Shown here: piece by piece, positions 1 through 8,232 of the stretch | How the letters are laid out: the number at the start of each line of letters is the position of its first letter | Position numbering within the stretch: the first letter of the stretch is position 1 | Origin: a candidate division WOR-3 bacterium | Lineage (GTDB): Bacteria; Hydrothermota; Hydrothermia; Hydrothermales; Hydrothermaceae | Assembly (NCBI GenBank): GCA_039803745.1 | Contig: JBDRZD010000034.1 | Coordinates: 1 to 19,782, forward strand | Length of the DNA: 19,782 bases | Reading direction: 5' to 3' | Made by a program: the position numbers and the translations under genes | Notes under the pieces: generated by a model | Database searches by the model: none | The model's input: the letters and a program-made list of their open reading frames with translations, nothing else | What the model was told of the DNA's origin: nothing

Positions 1-105
1 GGTGCCCCTGAAGGTCCCCGGAAGACTACCGGGTTGATAGGCGGCAGGTGAAAGCCCCGTAAGGGGTTGAGCCGAGCCGTACTAATCGACCGTTCGCCTT
101 ATATC
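1..105 (+). rRNA. rrl: 23S rRNA, 3' terminal fragment (gene begins upstream of window)
   Basis: CTGAAGG...GAAGACTACCGGGTTGATAGGC...GGTGAAAGC...GTTGAGC...GTACTAAT...CCGT...CTT aligns block by block with the conserved bacterial 23S 3' end (E. coli CTGAAGGAACGTTGAAGACGACGACGTTGATAGGCCGGGTGTGTAAGC...GGTACTAATGAACCGTGAGGCTT). GC-rich, with an abrupt drop to AT-rich DNA after ~110. The exact 3' end is uncertain by a few nt. Confidence 0.95.
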
Positions 106-137
106 CTACCCTTTCATTTCAAACTTTATTTAAAAAT

Positions 138-145
138 GAGGGGGT
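138..145 (+). promoter_or_regulatory. Shine-Dalgarno site for the FG-GAP protein gene
   Basis: GAGGGGGT at 138-145, 7 nt before ATG 153 (a second in-frame ATG is at 147). Confidence 0.65.
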
Positions 146-237
146 GATGAATATGAAAATTTTTTTATTTTTTTTTAATTATTTATAAAGGGGATACTCT
201 CATTCCCCCCCAAGTCTCAGGGACATTTCCAATCCCT

Positions 238-2247
238 TTGGATACTATACCCCCTTATTATGGAATTTGGATTATATTTTCTCAAGAAATGGATACTTCC
301 TCTTTTGATGAGGGAGCAGTGGAATTTATTACTAATTCTTCAAAATTGCCTAAAAAAATATTAAGATATTTTGGCAATTTACCTTATCCTTTTCTGGGAC
401 TGAAAATAGTTGGGTACTGGCAAGAATATGATACAATTCAATGTATAATAAAAGGATATGTAAAAGGTAAAAATGGTCTAACCCTTGATGGTAACGGAAA
501 CGGAATACCAGAAGGCTCACCAATAGATGATTATATATTTAAATTTTACACTTCCAATTATGGCTTTACACCAAGTTTAAAGGACAGCTTCCCGTTTTTT
601 TACTCAGAACCAGGAAGTGCTTATGGCCGCCTTCATTTACCCAATTTATGGGATATCAACAATGATGGATATAAAGAAATAGTATTTGGATGGAGAGGTC
701 CTTATCAAATAGGGGCAGTAGATTATAAAGGCAAATTATTACCAAATTTCCCAATAAATGTGGGTAAAAATAATACTGTTCCTCCTGCACTTGCAGACCT
801 TGACGGTGATAAATATTTTGAAATAATTCCTCCGGCTGTAATATATGATACATCTCGGCATAAAGTATATTTTAAAGTTTTCAAAAGTGACGGAAGTTAT
901 TACCCTAATTGGCCAAGGATATATGAAGATGATTCTGTATATTTTGATTGGATATTATACACTCCTACTGTCATATATGACTTAGATCAAGACAATAATT
1001 TTGAAATCATTTTTCCTGTAAGACCAAATTATTTATTTATTTTCAAAAAAAACGGTGAGTTAATTTCCACCCCACCCTTCAGAGTAGAAGGGATGATTGA
1101 AGGTCTGAGTATAGGCGATTTAAATGCTGACGGAACACCTGAAATCGTTGCTACAAGTTTTATATTAAGAATGCAGGGAAATGATACATTATGGGTTACT
1201 ATTTTTGAGCCGGACGGAAGCTATTATATTCCACCTTGTATATTTCCGGGTATCATAGGATGCCAGCCACTTTTAGGTGACATAAACGGAGATAATTTCT
1301 TGGAAATAATATTTCATGGATTAGGTTCTGGAGGTGAAAAAATATATGCTATGGACCACAATGGTAATATACTTCCGGGTTTTCCATTTCTACTTCCAAA
1401 TGAATGGATATGGAATGGATTTGCACTTGGAGATATAAATAATGATGGACTTCCAGAAATTATAGCAGTTGAAGCAGGAAATGATTGGAACTCCCTCCTT
1501 TATGTGATTGATGGTAATGGTAATGTGTTACCGGGTTTCCCTGTACAAGTTCCACAATTTGATTATGGTGGTGTTCAATCACCACCCACTTGCGTTGATA
1601 TAAACGAAGACGGTTATTCTGAAATCTTTGTTTTAAACCCGACTTGGAAAATAGACACTGCAAGCAATGGAGACACGGTATACTTACATTTTGATTTAAT
1701 AACTGGGCTTACACATACTGGTGAAATATTACCTGGTTTCCCAATAGTAGTGCCTCATTATTCTATATTTTCTTCACCGGTTCTTGCTGATATTGATAAA
1801 GATGGTTTCATAGATATATCTTTCCCGAGTCTTGAGAATAAAGGAATTATATCATATTCCTTTACAACCCAATATACCTCTTATTCTCCTTCCTGGCCAC
1901 TTCCTTACCATGACATTCATAATACCTCTAATTACCATTATACTCCACCGGAAATAGAAATCTCAGAATTAAAAAAATATAAACATATTTTAAAATTTTC
2001 TACTTCTGAAATTGTAAGAAATGAATTTAAATTTAAACTTTCTTTACCTTCCGGCCTTGAAAATAAAAAGCTGAAAATTTTATTTTATTCAGTAAATGGA
2101 ATAAAATTAAAGGAAATTGATTTATGGAAATTTTATAAAACCCACACATATTCTATTGATATAAAAAACCTTAAAAAAGGAGTTTACTTTTACCAATTAA
2201 AAATTGAGAAGAATGAAATCTTAAAAGGAAAATTTATAAAACTATAA
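238..2247 (+). CDS. Secreted FG-GAP/VCBS-repeat beta-propeller protein with N-terminal Ig-like (Big_5-type) domain and T9SS type A-like C-terminal sorting domain; true start probably ATG 153 (or 147), out of frame by one base
   Basis: Eight DxxxD(G)xxE/DI repeats (WDINNDGYKEI, ADLDGDKYFEI, YDLDQDNNFEI, GDLNADGTPEI, GDINGDNFLEI, GDINNDGLPEI, VDINEDGYSEI, ADIDKDGFIDI) with GxxLPGFP spacers. The N-terminus PPQVSGTFP...IIFSQEMD...LDGNGNG...DDYIFKFYT resembles Big_5. The C-terminus SIDIKNLKKGVYFYQLKIE...KGKFIKL is typical of Por/T9SS CTDs. Confidence 0.85.
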   Translation: MDTIPPYYGIWIIFSQEMDTSSFDEGAVEFITNSSKLPKKILRYFGNLPYPFLGLKIVGYWQEYDTIQCIIKGYVKGKNGLTLDGNGNGIPEGSPIDDYIFKFYTSNYGFTPSLKDSFPFFYSEPGSAYGRLHLPNLWDINNDGYKEIVFGWRGPYQIGAVDYKGKLLPNFPINVGKNNTVPPALADLDGDKYFEIIPPAVIYDTSRHKVYFKVFKSDGSYYPNWPRIYEDDSVYFDWILYTPTVIYDLDQDNNFEIIFPVRPNYLFIFKKNGELISTPPFRVEGMIEGLSIGDLNADGTPEIVATSFILRMQGNDTLWVTIFEPDGSYYIPPCIFPGIIGCQPLLGDINGDNFLEIIFHGLGSGGEKIYAMDHNGNILPGFPFLLPNEWIWNGFALGDINNDGLPEIIAVEAGNDWNSLLYVIDGNGNVLPGFPVQVPQFDYGGVQSPPTCVDINEDGYSEIFVLNPTWKIDTASNGDTVYLHFDLITGLTHTGEILPGFPIVVPHYSIFSSPVLADIDKDGFIDISFPSLENKGIISYSFTTQYTSYSPSWPLPYHDIHNTSNYHYTPPEIEISELKKYKHILKFSTSEIVRNEFKFKLSLPSGLENKKLKILFYSVNGIKLKEIDLWKFYKTHTYSIDIKNLKKGVYFYQLKIEKNEILKGKFIKL

Positions 2248-2252
2248 GACTT

Positions 2253-3191
2253 TCATTTCTTTAATCTTTCTATAATTTTCTGTGCTATTCTATTTCCTGC
2301 CTCTATTAATGGATTCTGTTCGTCAGGAGAGGAATCAACATAGGATTCAATAATATTTCCCTGAGAATCAATTAAATCTGCATATATCTTTATCTCTCTC
2401 CCTTCCATCTCTATTTTTCCAAAAACTGCATAATCTAAAACAAGTTCTAAAATCATCTGCTTTACATGGGAAATCTCTATTTTTGTCTCATCTAATCCTC
2501 TTCTTTGCATTGCTGAAATTATCTCTCCCTCTCCTTTAATTTCAAGAGCAGCATATTTTGAAAGACCGTTCCTAAGAGCATTCCTTAAAATTTTCCCAAA
2601 TCCACTTGCTCTTATTGCCTCACCTTTCTCATAAAAAGGGAAAACACCAACTTTTAATTTTCTTAAAACACCCGTCCCGCTTATTCCTTTATATTCTCTA
2701 TTCAATTCTTCAAGAACCAGATCAGTAATATCAACCTTCTGGGAAGAATATAAAATCACATCTTTTGAAATATCTATGACCAAATCATAACCCATATCCT
2801 TTGCTATTTTTTCTATAGTCTTTTGAACCTTTGCAACATGAGGTTCAACAAGCCTTTTTGTTGCCTCTTTTAATTTACCATCTTTACCCCATATTTCCTC
2901 AAGAAATCTTTTATACTCTTCCTCCTTCATTTTTATTTCTCTTTCCCTCTTAATCTTTGCCTCATCTGATAAAGATGGTCTTTCTTTTTCATAAAGATTC
3001 TTTAAACTATCTATAAACTTTTTCTTATTTAAAAGTTCTTCCTCCCATTCCTTCACAAGTCTATTTAACTCTTCCTTTGACTCTTTTATACCTTCATATT
3101 CTTTTAATATTCTTTCCATATCAACAAAGGAAATTTTTAACTCCTGTGAATATAAAAAAGAGATTAGAATTAAAAAAATAAATTTTTTCAT
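2253..3191 (-). CDS. skp: Skp/OmpH periplasmic chaperone fused to a C-terminal TolB-N/CsgG-like alpha/beta domain (312 aa)
   Basis: Signal peptide MKKFIFLILISFLYS, then the OmpH hallmarks KISFVDMERIL, a long coiled coil, and IEKIAKDMGYDLVID...ILYSSQKVDITDLVLEELN. About 140 extra C-terminal residues follow. Start re-assigned to ATG 3191, 1 nt after the bamA stop. Canonical position downstream of bamA. Confidence 0.88.
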   Translation of the reverse strand: MKKFIFLILISFLYSQELKISFVDMERILKEYEGIKESKEELNRLVKEWEEELLNKKKFIDSLKNLYEKERPSLSDEAKIKREREIKMKEEEYKRFLEEIWGKDGKLKEATKRLVEPHVAKVQKTIEKIAKDMGYDLVIDISKDVILYSSQKVDITDLVLEELNREYKGISGTGVLRKLKVGVFPFYEKGEAIRASGFGKILRNALRNGLSKYAALEIKGEGEIISAMQRRGLDETKIEISHVKQMILELVLDYAVFGKIEMEGREIKIYADLIDSQGNIIESYVDSSPDEQNPLIEAGNRIAQKIIERLKK

Positions 3192-3192
3192 T

Positions 3193-5433
3193 TTAAAATT
3201 GCATACCAAATTGGAAATGAGGAATAAAACCTTTTTTCTCTTTATCAAGTCCGTATCCAAAATCAATACCAAGAACAGGCATCATTGGAATCTGAATCCT
3301 TGCACCAAAACCTGTTCCTCTATAAAGAGGGAAACCCCTTTTGATATTTTTCCATAAACTTTCAGATTTTAACCAGGCATTACCTGCATCATAAAAAATA
3401 AGAAAATAGAAATTATCAGAAAGGGGAATCCTTAATTCATAATTGAATGTAAAAGCATATTTCCCTCCAACAACCACTCCTCTGCTCCTTGGGCCCAAAC
3501 TCCTATCATCATATCCCCTTACCTGAAAATCTGTATAAATTCCACCAGGTCTAAATCTTTCATAAATTGGAATCTCATCCTTTCTCCTGAATTTACCAAC
3601 TGCACCAAATTTAAAATAAAACATATTAACAACTTTCTCTTTAATAACTGGAATAAACAAGGCATAATTCAAAATGTTTCCATAAAAGGAAAGATTGCCA
3701 CCAAGAAAATAACCAGAAAAGATATTTGTGTATTCAAAACGGGAACCTTTTCTTTCATTAAAAACCCTGTCCCTTGAATCCCTAATAAATGAATTTTCCA
3801 ATCTTGAAGAAAATTTTGGCCACTTCTCTTTTCTTATATCATAAATAGGAGAAGGTCTAAAATTTTTTGATATGTTGAAAATATTTATCCTTTCAAAAGA
3901 ATATTTTATTCTCCATCTGTAATAATCTGAACTTAAAATTGGTCTTGAAAAGAATAAAGAAAAACCCTGCCTTCTTTCATCATATTCACGAGGTATTCCA
4001 GAAGTTAAATCATGAATATCAAACCCGAAGGAATAGGGTCTTTGAAAAAGCCAGGGCTCTGTAAAAGAAATCTGAAAATTCTTTCTATATTTACCATATT
4101 CAACAAGGAAACTTAAAATCTGTCCTTTACCAAGGAAGTTTGGCTGACTTAATTGAATAAATAAAGAAACACCCTGCAGTTGAGAATAAGAAGCACCTGC
4201 CTGAATTGTTCCAGTCGGTTTTTCTTTAACTGAAAAAGTTAAATCAACATTTTCTGAATCCGGAAGAATATCAAAACTCAATTTAATATCTTCAAAATAA
4301 TTTAAAAAATATAAGTCTCTCTGGGACTTTATAAGTTTTTCCCTTGAAAATTTTTCACCAGGATATATATCAAGTTCCCTTAAAATAACATAATCTCTTG
4401 TTCTTGTATTTCCTTTAACATCTATTTTTCTTACATAAACCTCTTTACCCTTTTTTATATTTATTTCAAAATTAACAATTGAATCATTTAATTCTTCAAG
4501 AGGAATAACCTTTGCTAAAAGATAGCCCCTGTCAGCATACATTCCCTGTATCTCTATTATACTTTCTTCAAATTTCTTATAATTTAAAGGCTTCCCTTTC
4601 TTAATTTTGAATTTCTCAAGAAGTTTTTTTTCAGGAAAGATAAGGTCCCCTTTGAAAATAATATCCCCAAGATAAAATCTCTTCCCCTCTGTAATATATA
4701 TATCAATTTCTATAAATTCATTCCCTGCTTCATTTATTCTGTGTGAGTCAACCTTTGCACTTAAAAAGCCTTTATTTTTATAAAATTCTTCAATTTTTAA
4801 AAGATCCTCTTCAAAATACTCTTCCTTAAAATTTGCCTTCCTGTACCATGTCTTTTCTCTATTTTTTAAAAGAATCTCAATTTTTTTATCAGGAAAATGT
4901 TCATTCCCATAGATTTCTATTTTCTTTATCTTTGCCTTCGCACCTTCTTTAATTTTAAAAATTAAACTGGCTTCATCATCTATCACAAGAATTGAATCAT
5001 AGACCTCTGTTCCAGCAAAACCTTTATTTTTATAAAAATCAATTATTTTCTTCTTCCATTCAAAAATTTTTGATTTTGATAAAGCTTCTCCTTTTAAAAA
5101 ACTTATTTCTTTCTCAAGATCCTTTGTTTTTATTCTATAATTTTCTTTAAAAATTATTTCTTTTAATCTTGGTGCCTCACTCACTTTTATGATAAGGTCA
5201 ATAAATGTGTCCTTGGTAGTTGCAAAAATTTCAATTTGGTCAAAATAACCAGTTTTATAAAGGTTTTTAATCCCTTCACTCAATCTTTGAAAATCTACTC
5301 TCTCTCCTTCTTTAACTCCAAAACTACTCTTTATAAATTCAGAAAATATTCTTTTATTCCCTTCAATCTTTATATTTTTTAAATAAAAATTTGAAATTTT
5401 TAAGAGAAAAAAAATTAAAAGAAAATTTTGCAT
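3193..5433 (-). CDS. bamA: Outer membrane protein assembly factor BamA (Omp85)
   Basis: Five POTRA-like repeats (IKIEGNKRI, IIFKENYRI, IEIYGNEHF, IIFKGDLIF, IDVKGNTRTRDYVILRE), barrel start TGTIQAGASYS, NFLGKGQ, SFTEPWLF, loop-6 VRGY, FYDAGNAW, and terminal FQFGMQF. Confidence 0.96.
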   Translation of the reverse strand: MQNFLLIFFLLKISNFYLKNIKIEGNKRIFSEFIKSSFGVKEGERVDFQRLSEGIKNLYKTGYFDQIEIFATTKDTFIDLIIKVSEAPRLKEIIFKENYRIKTKDLEKEISFLKGEALSKSKIFEWKKKIIDFYKNKGFAGTEVYDSILVIDDEASLIFKIKEGAKAKIKKIEIYGNEHFPDKKIEILLKNREKTWYRKANFKEEYFEEDLLKIEEFYKNKGFLSAKVDSHRINEAGNEFIEIDIYITEGKRFYLGDIIFKGDLIFPEKKLLEKFKIKKGKPLNYKKFEESIIEIQGMYADRGYLLAKVIPLEELNDSIVNFEINIKKGKEVYVRKIDVKGNTRTRDYVILRELDIYPGEKFSREKLIKSQRDLYFLNYFEDIKLSFDILPDSENVDLTFSVKEKPTGTIQAGASYSQLQGVSLFIQLSQPNFLGKGQILSFLVEYGKYRKNFQISFTEPWLFQRPYSFGFDIHDLTSGIPREYDERRQGFSLFFSRPILSSDYYRWRIKYSFERINIFNISKNFRPSPIYDIRKEKWPKFSSRLENSFIRDSRDRVFNERKGSRFEYTNIFSGYFLGGNLSFYGNILNYALFIPVIKEKVVNMFYFKFGAVGKFRRKDEIPIYERFRPGGIYTDFQVRGYDDRSLGPRSRGVVVGGKYAFTFNYELRIPLSDNFYFLIFYDAGNAWLKSESLWKNIKRGFPLYRGTGFGARIQIPMMPVLGIDFGYGLDKEKKGFIPHFQFGMQF

Positions 5434-7887
5434 CTACTCTGCCTTTGTAGGAAGTTTTTCCATCTTTTTGAAAACTATTTCTCCATCTTCAAAATCAACT
5501 AAAACCACGTCATTTTCTTTAAACTTACCTTTTAAAATTTCTTCTGAAAGCGGGTCCTCAATATATTTTCTTAAAGTTCTTTTAATTGGTCTTGCACCAA
5601 ATTCAGGGTCAAAACCTTCCTTTACCAAAAATTCCTTTGCATTTTCACTTACAGTTATTTTTACATGTCTTTCTTTTTCAAGTCTTTCAGAAAGTTCAGA
5701 TAAAAGGATTTCAAGTATTCCTTTACAATCTTCATAAGTTAATGGATTAAATACAATTACCTCGTCAATCCTATTTAAAAATTCAGGAGGGACAATCCTT
5801 TTTAATTCATCCATTAAAAATTCCTTCATTTTCTGAAAATCAAACTCTTCACCCTCTGAATGAAATCCAAGACTTTTTGCCTTTTTTAAATACCTTGTCC
5901 CTATATTTGATGTAAGAATTATAACTGTATTTTTAAAATTAACTCTTCTTCCATAATTATCTGTTAAAACACCATCCTCAAGAATCTGAAGAAGTATATT
6001 GAAAACTTCTGGATGAGCCTTTTCAAACTCATCAAACAAAACAACCGAATAAGGTTTCCTTCTTACTTTCTCTGTTAACTGTCCACCTTCTTCATAACCA
6101 ACATATCCAGGTGGAGCACCTATTAATTTTGAAACATTAAATTTTTCCATGTATTCTGACATATCAATCCTTATAAGGGCATTTTCATCTCCAAATAAGA
6201 ATTCAGCAAGGACTTTCGCAAGATGAGTCTTTCCGACACCTGTTGGTCCCATGAATATGAACGAACCAATAGGTCTTCTCGGATCTTTAATCCCTGCTCT
6301 TGACCTTCTTATTGCCCTTGCAAGCACTTTTATTGCATCATCCTGCCCAACAACTTTCTTTTTTAGTTCCTCCTCCATTTTAAGAAGTCTTACCTGCTCT
6401 TCTTCCTCAATCTTTGCAAGTGGTATACCTGTCCATCTTGAAACCACATAAGCCACATCCTCAACTCTTACCCTTGGGCGTGCAGCACGACTCTGAAGTT
6501 CTCTTTTTCTTCTCGCTATTTTTTCCTCAAGCGCCTCAATTTTATCTCTTATTTCGGCAGCCTTCTCGTATTCCTGTGCCCTTATTGCAATTTCCTTTTC
6601 TTTTTTAAGTTTTTCAAGTTCTTTTTTATATCTCTCCAGTAATTCATCAGAAGCCTTACTTAAAAGTTTAACCCTTGCACCAGCCTCATCTATAACATCT
6701 ATTGCCTTATCAGGCTGAAACCTATCAGAAATATACCTATCAGAAAGGATTGCGGCTGTTTCAAGGGCTTCATCATCATAGATAATTTGATGGAAATTCT
6801 CGTATTTTTCTTTTAAACCTTTTAAAATTTCAATTGTTTGTTCAATTGTTGGTGGGTCAACTATTATTGGCTGAAATCTCCTTTCTAATGCTCCATCTTT
6901 TTCAATATATTTTCTGTATTCTTCCATTGTTGTTGCACCAATACATTGAATCTCTCCTCTTGCAAGAGCAGGTTTTAATATGTTAGAGGCATCTATTGCG
7001 CCTTCTGCTGCACCAGCACCAACAAGTGTATGAACTTCGTCAACAAAAAGTATTATATCTTTTGATTTTATAACCTCATTTAAAATTGCCTTTAATCTCT
7101 CCTCAAACTGTCCACGGTATTTTGTGCCTGCAACAATTGCTGCAAGGTCAAGAGCAAGAATCTTCTTATCAAGGAGCGCTTCCGGAACTTCACCTTTTAC
7201 AATTCTTTGAGCAAGCCCTTCAACGATTGCAGTTTTACCAACTCCGGGTTCACCAATTAAAACTGGATTATTCTTTTTCCTCCTCGAAAGGATCTGTATA
7301 ACCCTTTCTATCTCCCTCTCTCTTCCTATAACAGGGTCAAGTTTATCTTCTCTTGCAAGTTGAGTTAAATCAATTGCAAATTGTTCTAAGAGTTTTGAAG
7401 AATATTTCACTTTTTTCTCACTTGCAGGAGAAGGTAACTCCATCGAGGATAATATTCTTAAAACTTCATCCCTTGCCTCTTCAAGGGAAACTCCCCAGGC
7501 TGCCAGAGCCCTTGCCGCAACACCTTTTCTTTCTCTTAAAAGTCCCAGAAGCAAATGTTCTGTTCCTATATAATTATGACCGAGTTTCTTTGCCTCATCT
7601 ATTGCATAATTGAGGCACCTTCTTGCGTCAGCATCAAGTGGAAGTTCTGTATGGGGAACCGGATTCATTCCTGGTGGAACCATATTCTCAATATGATTCC
7701 TGAGCCCTTCAAAATCAACACCAAGATTTGAAAGAACAAGAGAGGCAATTGAATCGCTCATTCTTAAAATACCAAGAAGAATATGTTCTGTTCCCACATA
7801 AGGGTGTCTTAATCTTACTGCCTCCTCTTTTGCAAACCATAAAACCTTTCTCGCCCTTTCAGTAAATTTATTCTCCCTATCTATCAT
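5434..7887 (-). CDS. clpC: ATP-dependent Clp protease ATP-binding subunit ClpC
   Basis: Two Clp-N repeats (GTEH twice), AAA1 Walker A GEPGVGKT and Walker B LFVDE, UVR middle domain ([15 protein letters not shown]), AAA2 [24 protein letters not shown], and the ClpP-docking LGF. SD-like GGAG upstream. Confidence 0.96.
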   Translation of the reverse strand: MIDRENKFTERARKVLWFAKEEAVRLRHPYVGTEHILLGILRMSDSIASLVLSNLGVDFEGLRNHIENMVPPGMNPVPHTELPLDADARRCLNYAIDEAKKLGHNYIGTEHLLLGLLRERKGVAARALAAWGVSLEEARDEVLRILSSMELPSPASEKKVKYSSKLLEQFAIDLTQLAREDKLDPVIGREREIERVIQILSRRKKNNPVLIGEPGVGKTAIVEGLAQRIVKGEVPEALLDKKILALDLAAIVAGTKYRGQFEERLKAILNEVIKSKDIILFVDEVHTLVGAGAAEGAIDASNILKPALARGEIQCIGATTMEEYRKYIEKDGALERRFQPIIVDPPTIEQTIEILKGLKEKYENFHQIIYDDEALETAAILSDRYISDRFQPDKAIDVIDEAGARVKLLSKASDELLERYKKELEKLKKEKEIAIRAQEYEKAAEIRDKIEALEEKIARRKRELQSRAARPRVRVEDVAYVVSRWTGIPLAKIEEEEQVRLLKMEEELKKKVVGQDDAIKVLARAIRRSRAGIKDPRRPIGSFIFMGPTGVGKTHLAKVLAEFLFGDENALIRIDMSEYMEKFNVSKLIGAPPGYVGYEEGGQLTEKVRRKPYSVVLFDEFEKAHPEVFNILLQILEDGVLTDNYGRRVNFKNTVIILTSNIGTRYLKKAKSLGFHSEGEEFDFQKMKEFLMDELKRIVPPEFLNRIDEVIVFNPLTYEDCKGILEILLSELSERLEKERHVKITVSENAKEFLVKEGFDPEFGARPIKRTLRKYIEDPLSEEILKGKFKENDVVLVDFEDGEIVFKKMEKLPTKAE

Positions 7888-7896
7888 AAAAGCTCC

Positions 7897-8232
7897 TTAT
7901 ATTTTTAAATTCTTTGAAATTTCTCCTATCCATAAAATTTCGCCCTTTTCACCTTTTAGAACAAAATACATTCCAATTACCATTATGATAAGAAGCGAAA
8001 GCAAAAATAAGGAAAAGAAGAAATTGAAAAACAGGTACCTCAAAAATGGAACACCATAAAACAAAAGATAAAGGGAAAAGAAAAATAAAACACCAACAAT
8101 TTCTAAAATAAAAAGAACAAAACCCTGTCTTGCATGGAAAACAACAAAATCATCATTTTTTTCTTTTAAAAGAGGTATTATGCATAAAAAAGGTAGATAA
8201 CTCATAAGAGCAAGAATCTTCTTCTCTTCCAT
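7897..8232 (-). CDS. DUF4870 (Tic20-like) small integral membrane protein
   Basis: LALMSYL...IIPLL..K.DDFVVFHARQG...IGMYFVLKGE pattern with three hydrophobic segments. SD GGAGG lies within the upstream gene end, and the stop and start codons abut (TAAATG). Confidence 0.8.
   Translation of the reverse strand: MEEKKILALMSYLPFLCIIPLLKEKNDDFVVFHARQGFVLFILEIVGVLFFFSLYLLFYGVPFLRYLFFNFFFSLFLLSLLIIMVIGMYFVLKGEKGEILWIGEISKNLKI

Noticed and set aside
640..1830. DNA-level repeats (e.g. CCGGGTTT, GATATAAA) suggesting an array or CRISPR
   Set aside because: They are short, degenerate and in frame, and are fully explained by the FG-GAP protein repeats.
3192..3272. 27-codon N-terminal extension of the skp ORF in the track
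   Set aside because: It overlaps the conserved bamA C-terminus. ATG 3191 gives a proper signal peptide and couples to the bamA stop.
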